A DNA stretch of 64,000 nucleotides, from positions 204,345-268,344 of the IMG/VR virus record IMGVR_UViG_3300049217_000071; one strand, 5' to 3'. The notes beneath the pieces are model-generated. The model was given only the letters and a program-made list of their open reading frames with translations, made no database searches and was not told the origin of the DNA. This document shows, one piece after another, positions 62,404 through 64,000 of the stretch (positions are counted from its first letter, which is position 1; each line of letters begins with the position of its first letter). A program made the position numbers and the translations under genes.

Positions 62404-63852
62404 ATGACAACTATTCTTCCATATGCTGTTGGACAACAGGCTGTCTTTACATTTAGTAAAGCATGGGTATGTCCACCTGATGTCACAAGTATTGTAGCTA
62501 CTGGTTTCGGAGGTGGTGGTGGCGGTTCAGGATCTGCGTCAGGAACTATTGGGCAGGGTGGTGGCGGCGGCTCTTTGATTACATCGATTTCCATTGTTGT
62601 TGTTCCTGGAACTGCCTATCTAATTACTATTGGAGCGGGCGGCACTGGAGGGGCAGTGTCAACTAATGGTAATGCTGGTGGAGATACTACTTTCAGTCTT
62701 AATGGTGTATCTACTGGTATATGGAGTGGCGCTAGTGGTGCTAATTTTGTAGCTGGTGGTGGTGGCGGTGGCCAACCATGCAAAGCAACAGGCGGTGGAA
62801 ATCTATATACTGGAGCTGGTACAGGAGCTGGAACTTTTGCGATGGGATCTGGTGGTAGTAGTGTGGCAGCAAGTAGCTCAGCTGGGCTTAATGGGGCGCG
62901 TAATATTGTAAGTGGCTTAAATGGCGGAACAGGTGGCGCTGCTGCTGGCACTGTTTCTGGTGGAAGTGGTGGTGGCGCTGGGCCCGAAGGTATTGGCGCT
63001 AATGGTTCAGCAGGTTCAGCTACTACGCCATTGACAGGTAGTAGTGCAGCAGTAAATACAGGGGCCGGTGGTGGTGGTTGTGGCGCAGGAACCTCAGCTG
63101 GATTTACTGGTGGTGCTGGGGGCTCGGGTAAGTTGTATATCAACTATGTCAGCAAATATGTTAACATCATACAAACGGCGCCCCCGATTAGTAATGGTAA
63201 TGTACTTTTACTTGACTCTAGAAAAGGCATTTCTATAGGAACAAATGGAGTGGCCGTTTGGCCAGATCAAAGTAGCGTGCCTGATATCAATAAAAACTGT
63301 TTACAAACTACGGGTGCCAATCAACCAATTTATACAATGGCAAACAGTCTATTTGCTGGTAAACCAAGTTTAGATTTCAATGGCACAACAGATTTTCTTG
63401 TAAGTGGTACTTGGAATCAACCGCTTGTACAACCATTCACGATTATTGCAGTTGGCGTGCTCAATAGTACGACCGGTGTTCAGGTCATTGTCGATAACTT
63501 AGCCGGTACAACTGAGTTAGATCAGAATGGTGGTACGGCTCAAATTTTTGCGGGCTCTGTTCTTGCAGATACAACTGCGACGGTTCTTACAAATCCTTTC
63601 GTTTTTGGTGGAATTTATAATGGCGCCTCATCGCAACTGTTCTTGAATAAAAAGACAGGACAGACAGTTGGTGCCGGCGGAGCTAATGGAATGACTGGTA
63701 TGACTATCGGATCGCTTGCCGGAGGTGGATCGGATTGGTGGAATGGCTCCATTGTTTTCGTTGCCGCTTGGAATAGGACACTGTCCGCCGCTGAAATGTC
63801 AGCTATGATGGATTGGTTAGGAACTACTTACGGCCTTACAATTGGCACATAA
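62404..63852 (+). CDS. Glycine-rich structural protein with C-terminal LamG/ConA-like domain
   Basis: Gly-rich N-half, then VAVWPDQS, SLDFNGTTDFL and WNGSIVFVAAWNRTLSAAE. Confidence 0.75.
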   Translation: MTTILPYAVGQQAVFTFSKAWVCPPDVTSIVATGFGGGGGGSGSASGTIGQGGGGGSLITSISIVVVPGTAYLITIGAGGTGGAVSTNGNAGGDTTFSLNGVSTGIWSGASGANFVAGGGGGGQPCKATGGGNLYTGAGTGAGTFAMGSGGSSVAASSSAGLNGARNIVSGLNGGTGGAAAGTVSGGSGGGAGPEGIGANGSAGSATTPLTGSSAAVNTGAGGGGCGAGTSAGFTGGAGGSGKLYINYVSKYVNIIQTAPPISNGNVLLLDSRKGISIGTNGVAVWPDQSSVPDINKNCLQTTGANQPIYTMANSLFAGKPSLDFNGTTDFLVSGTWNQPLVQPFTIIAVGVLNSTTGVQVIVDNLAGTTELDQNGGTAQIFAGSVLADTTATVLTNPFVFGGIYNGASSQLFLNKKTGQTVGAGGANGMTGMTIGSLAGGGSDWWNGSIVFVAAWNRTLSAAEMSAMMDWLGTTYGLTIGT

Positions 63853-63924
63853 TCAACCGAAACCATGATCTTATCTAACTAATGTCATATATGATCATAG
63901 ACCCGGAACAAGGAAGAGGTCGAG

Positions 63925-64000
63925 ATGAAAGCATTAGTTCACAGTGGTGGAGCAGCTAAAGGTGCCTGGGCTTGTGGCGTTATCCAATATTTACTAGGAG
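63925..64000 (+). CDS. Patatin-like phospholipase, 5' end only
   Basis: gagg RBS; MKALVHSGGAAKGAWACGVIQYLLG matches the patatin Gly-rich N-terminal motif. Only 25 codons are visible. Confidence 0.65.
   Translation, partial: MKALVHSGGAAKGAWACGVIQYLLG

Noticed and set aside
167-63143. Numerous 60-175-aa antisense and alternate-frame ORFs in the supplied track
   Set aside because: They lie within longer, motif-bearing + strand genes, lack RBSs and recognisable motifs, and are expected shadows of biased codon usage.
1-64000. Stop-codon reassignment (TAG is rarely used as a stop)
   Set aside because: Conserved genes are full length under the standard code with no in-frame TAG or TGA interruptions, and TAG ends at least two plausible genes (14442, 50527).
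1-64000. Eukaryotic giant virus or cellular chromosome origin
   Set aside because: SD motifs, intrinsic terminators, DnaE/RecA/DnaG together with terminase, portal, prohead protease and capsid genes indicate a tailed bacteriophage. No housekeeping operons or integrase are seen.

Overview
This is a 64-kb segment of a large (jumbo-like) tailed dsDNA bacteriophage genome. It uses the standard genetic code, is densely coded and lies almost entirely on the + strand. 1-13.3 kb is a replication/recombination block: 5'-truncated DnaE, RecA, an SSB-like protein, a RuvC-like resolvase, DnaJ, a DnaG core and a sigma-region-4 protein. 14.5-50.5 kb is an unusually long head-morphogenesis block: large terminase, portal, a 1229-aa protease-scaffold, two decoration-like proteins, the major capsid protein and about 25 unknown probable virion proteins. 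That block also carries a tRNA nucleotidyltransferase-like enzyme, a lytic transglycosylase and a PTP/DSP phosphatase. 50.5-53 kb is a small island (HNH, RelA/SpoT-like protein, CCA-adding enzyme). 53-64 kb holds modular fibre-like and Gly-rich structural genes and the start of a patatin-like gene. Six free-standing homing-endonuclease-like genes are scattered through the window. The main leads are: (i) a RelA/SpoT-like gene convergent with a CCA-adding enzyme, plus a second nucleotidyltransferase with an altered EDxxR motif and a D-arm-reduced tRNA-Ser(GCU)-like element; (ii) a recurrent K-x-A motif and a shared helical hairpin across the head-block proteins, suggesting a proteome-wide processing/targeting code; (iii) a permuted paralogue of the scaffold C-terminus sitting in the replication block; (iv) two recurrent promoter-like motifs, one pointing to leaderless mRNAs; (v) strong TTAA depletion in the core genes but not in the fibre cassette. 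All family assignments come from motif recognition by eye; no database search was run.
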